From Emiliania huxleyi CCMP1516 (Eukaryota), in the NCBI RefSeq assembly GCF_000372725.1, contig NW_005201360.1, positions 146,881-210,880 of the forward strand: a stretch of 64,000 bases of DNA, given 5' to 3'. The translations under genes were made by a program, and so were the position numbers. The notes below the pieces were generated by a model. That model did no database searches, was not told the origin of the DNA, and saw nothing but the letters and a program-made list of their open reading frames with translations. Below are positions 62,528 through 64,000 of this stretch, in pieces. Position 1 is the first letter of the stretch. Each line of letters begins with the position of its first letter.

Positions 62528-63831
62528 TATCGCGACTTTAGCATCGGCGATCTGCCGCTCGAAGCCGTGCACCGCATTTGCGAGGAGCTCACGCGTGCCG
62601 CGAGGTTTGCTCGACGATACTCGGTCTCGGCAAGCGTGGCGCGCTGTTTCCCTTTGTCAATTTGGTCGCGGTGCTGCGCCGCTCCACCCTGGGAGTGTGC
62701 GTCGCCAAGCGTCCGGACCTCGGGATCGACCCGGATTTGCTCGAGTACTGCGTCACGCCTCCTTACGACGAGGATGGCCGCTTGGACGTGCTGTGCGCCC
62801 GTGCCTGGCTGGACGTGCCGGGGCCGATGGTCGGTGCGCTCCTCACCGCCCCCACCTGGCTGCAGTACAGCGCGCTGCGCGGAGCGGCGTTTCTCGGCCT
62901 GCTGTCGCTGGCACGGCTGCACGCGCGCGCGACGGAGCACGGGGCGCAAGTCTCGGAGCGTCACGTGTCGGCGGCGGAAGAGCGGGGCCGCAAGGAGAGT
63001 ATCAGCATCACTCGGAAGCTCGTGCAGAAGACGGGAATGGACGCGGGAATGGGTACCCACCTCAATGCCGTGTTCACCCAGAGTTTCGCTGATGCCGAGT
63101 CGCGCTTCACGCCGGTCTTCTCCTCTTTGTTTGGAGATCTCGAGCTGCGGCGCCAGTTGGGCGAGCCCTCCTTGACGTCGACGAAGAGCAGCCTGTTCCG
63201 CTTCATCGACCAGCATCAAGCTGTCGAATCCGGCTTGTCCGTGGGCGAGATGGTGAATTTGCGGATGACGTCTCGACTGTCGTTCCTCGCCGGCATGTTG
63301 CTGAGGGCCGGTTCTGAACCTGAGGACCTCAGGCAGGACATCCTTTCAGCGGCCTTTCGACGTTTCGTGCGCCCGCTCTCGAAGCTCCGCAGCAGCTCTG
63401 GCCGTGCTGTCTGCAACCTTTGCCATGATAAAATACATGGCGGGCACGTGGGATGCCGTGAGTGCCAGTTCTACTGCTGCACGCAATGCATCCCCGCCAA
63501 GGACAGCTGCGTCTCCCGCGATCCCATCAAGCTCGTCGATACTGCTCCGACACTGTTGACTGACACCCTGTCAGAGGCAGGTTACCTGAAGGACGCGACG
63601 CCACGAGCAGTGGCGGCGTTTGAGAAGGAGCTCGCTGCCATCAAGAAGTACCAGGGCTTCCTCGGATCGCTCCGCGACGACGACATGACGCTGATTCGAC
63701 TCACAAAGGCGGGCGAAGCGCCGGTGCTGCGCGCGTGGCTGGAGGATCGGTACCGCTGCCCCGCGGACGATGACGACATGGCGATCGAGTTTCCCTGCCT
63801 CGCGGCACACGCGCGCTGGGGGGTCGTGTGA
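62528..63831 (+). pseudogene. F-box-like N-terminus (different frame) + ZZ/C1-like zinc finger ORF
   Basis: IGDLPLEAVHRICEEL lies in one frame; the main ORF contains CNLCHDKIHGGHVGCRECQFYCCTQC. No in-frame ATG upstream of the F-box; a frameshift near 62695 is inferred. Confidence 0.5.
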
Positions 63832-64000
63832 TCACGGCGGCGGAGATCGGATAGGCTGACGAATATTGAGGCACGGCCCAGACGAGCGCGCTCTCTTTAC
63901 TCTGCCGCCCCCTGGCCCTGCGGCCCTACATGAACGCCGAAAGGCGAAACGTACTCTTTCGGCGAAAGGCAGGGCCCCCGAGCCCCGTTCTCAGTCCTCA

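Overview
GC-rich, intron-rich eukaryotic genomic DNA with two 100-N gaps (3625-3724, 16084-16183). Frequent GC-AG introns, intronic 10-11-bp minisatellites and an AP2-domain expansion suggest a haptophyte such as Emiliania/Gephyrocapsa huxleyi (inference). About 19 genes or gene relics can be supported: Tudor-AP2 (two copies), PRPP-synthetase-like, F-box, PDZ/coiled-coil, SET-like, RluA pseudouridine synthase, nucleotidyltransferase-kinase fusion, RNI-LRR, RPL24, triple-AP2, a small secreted protein, sulfotransferase, SHOCT/TM/MAM (disrupted), a PD-(D/E)xK-like protein, an MMPL/RND transporter, an Ala-rich secreted protein, a tetraspanin-like protein, an LRR-nocturnin-like EEP fusion, RING-CH/TPR and an F-box/Zn-finger relic. 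Mobile DNA includes a hAT-type element with an 8-bp TSD, a MITE inside a MAM domain, a MULE-like element, two RLE-type LINE 3' ends with 8-bp TSDs, a second LINE-like family and an unexplained insertion with 16-bp direct repeats. The most striking pattern is window-wide: many predicted introns in unrelated genes begin with a decayed copy of the start of the following exon, and the best-preserved cases carry AT-rich filler, which points to intron creation by junction duplication plus filler synthesis. All gene models are manual; no searches or alignments were run.
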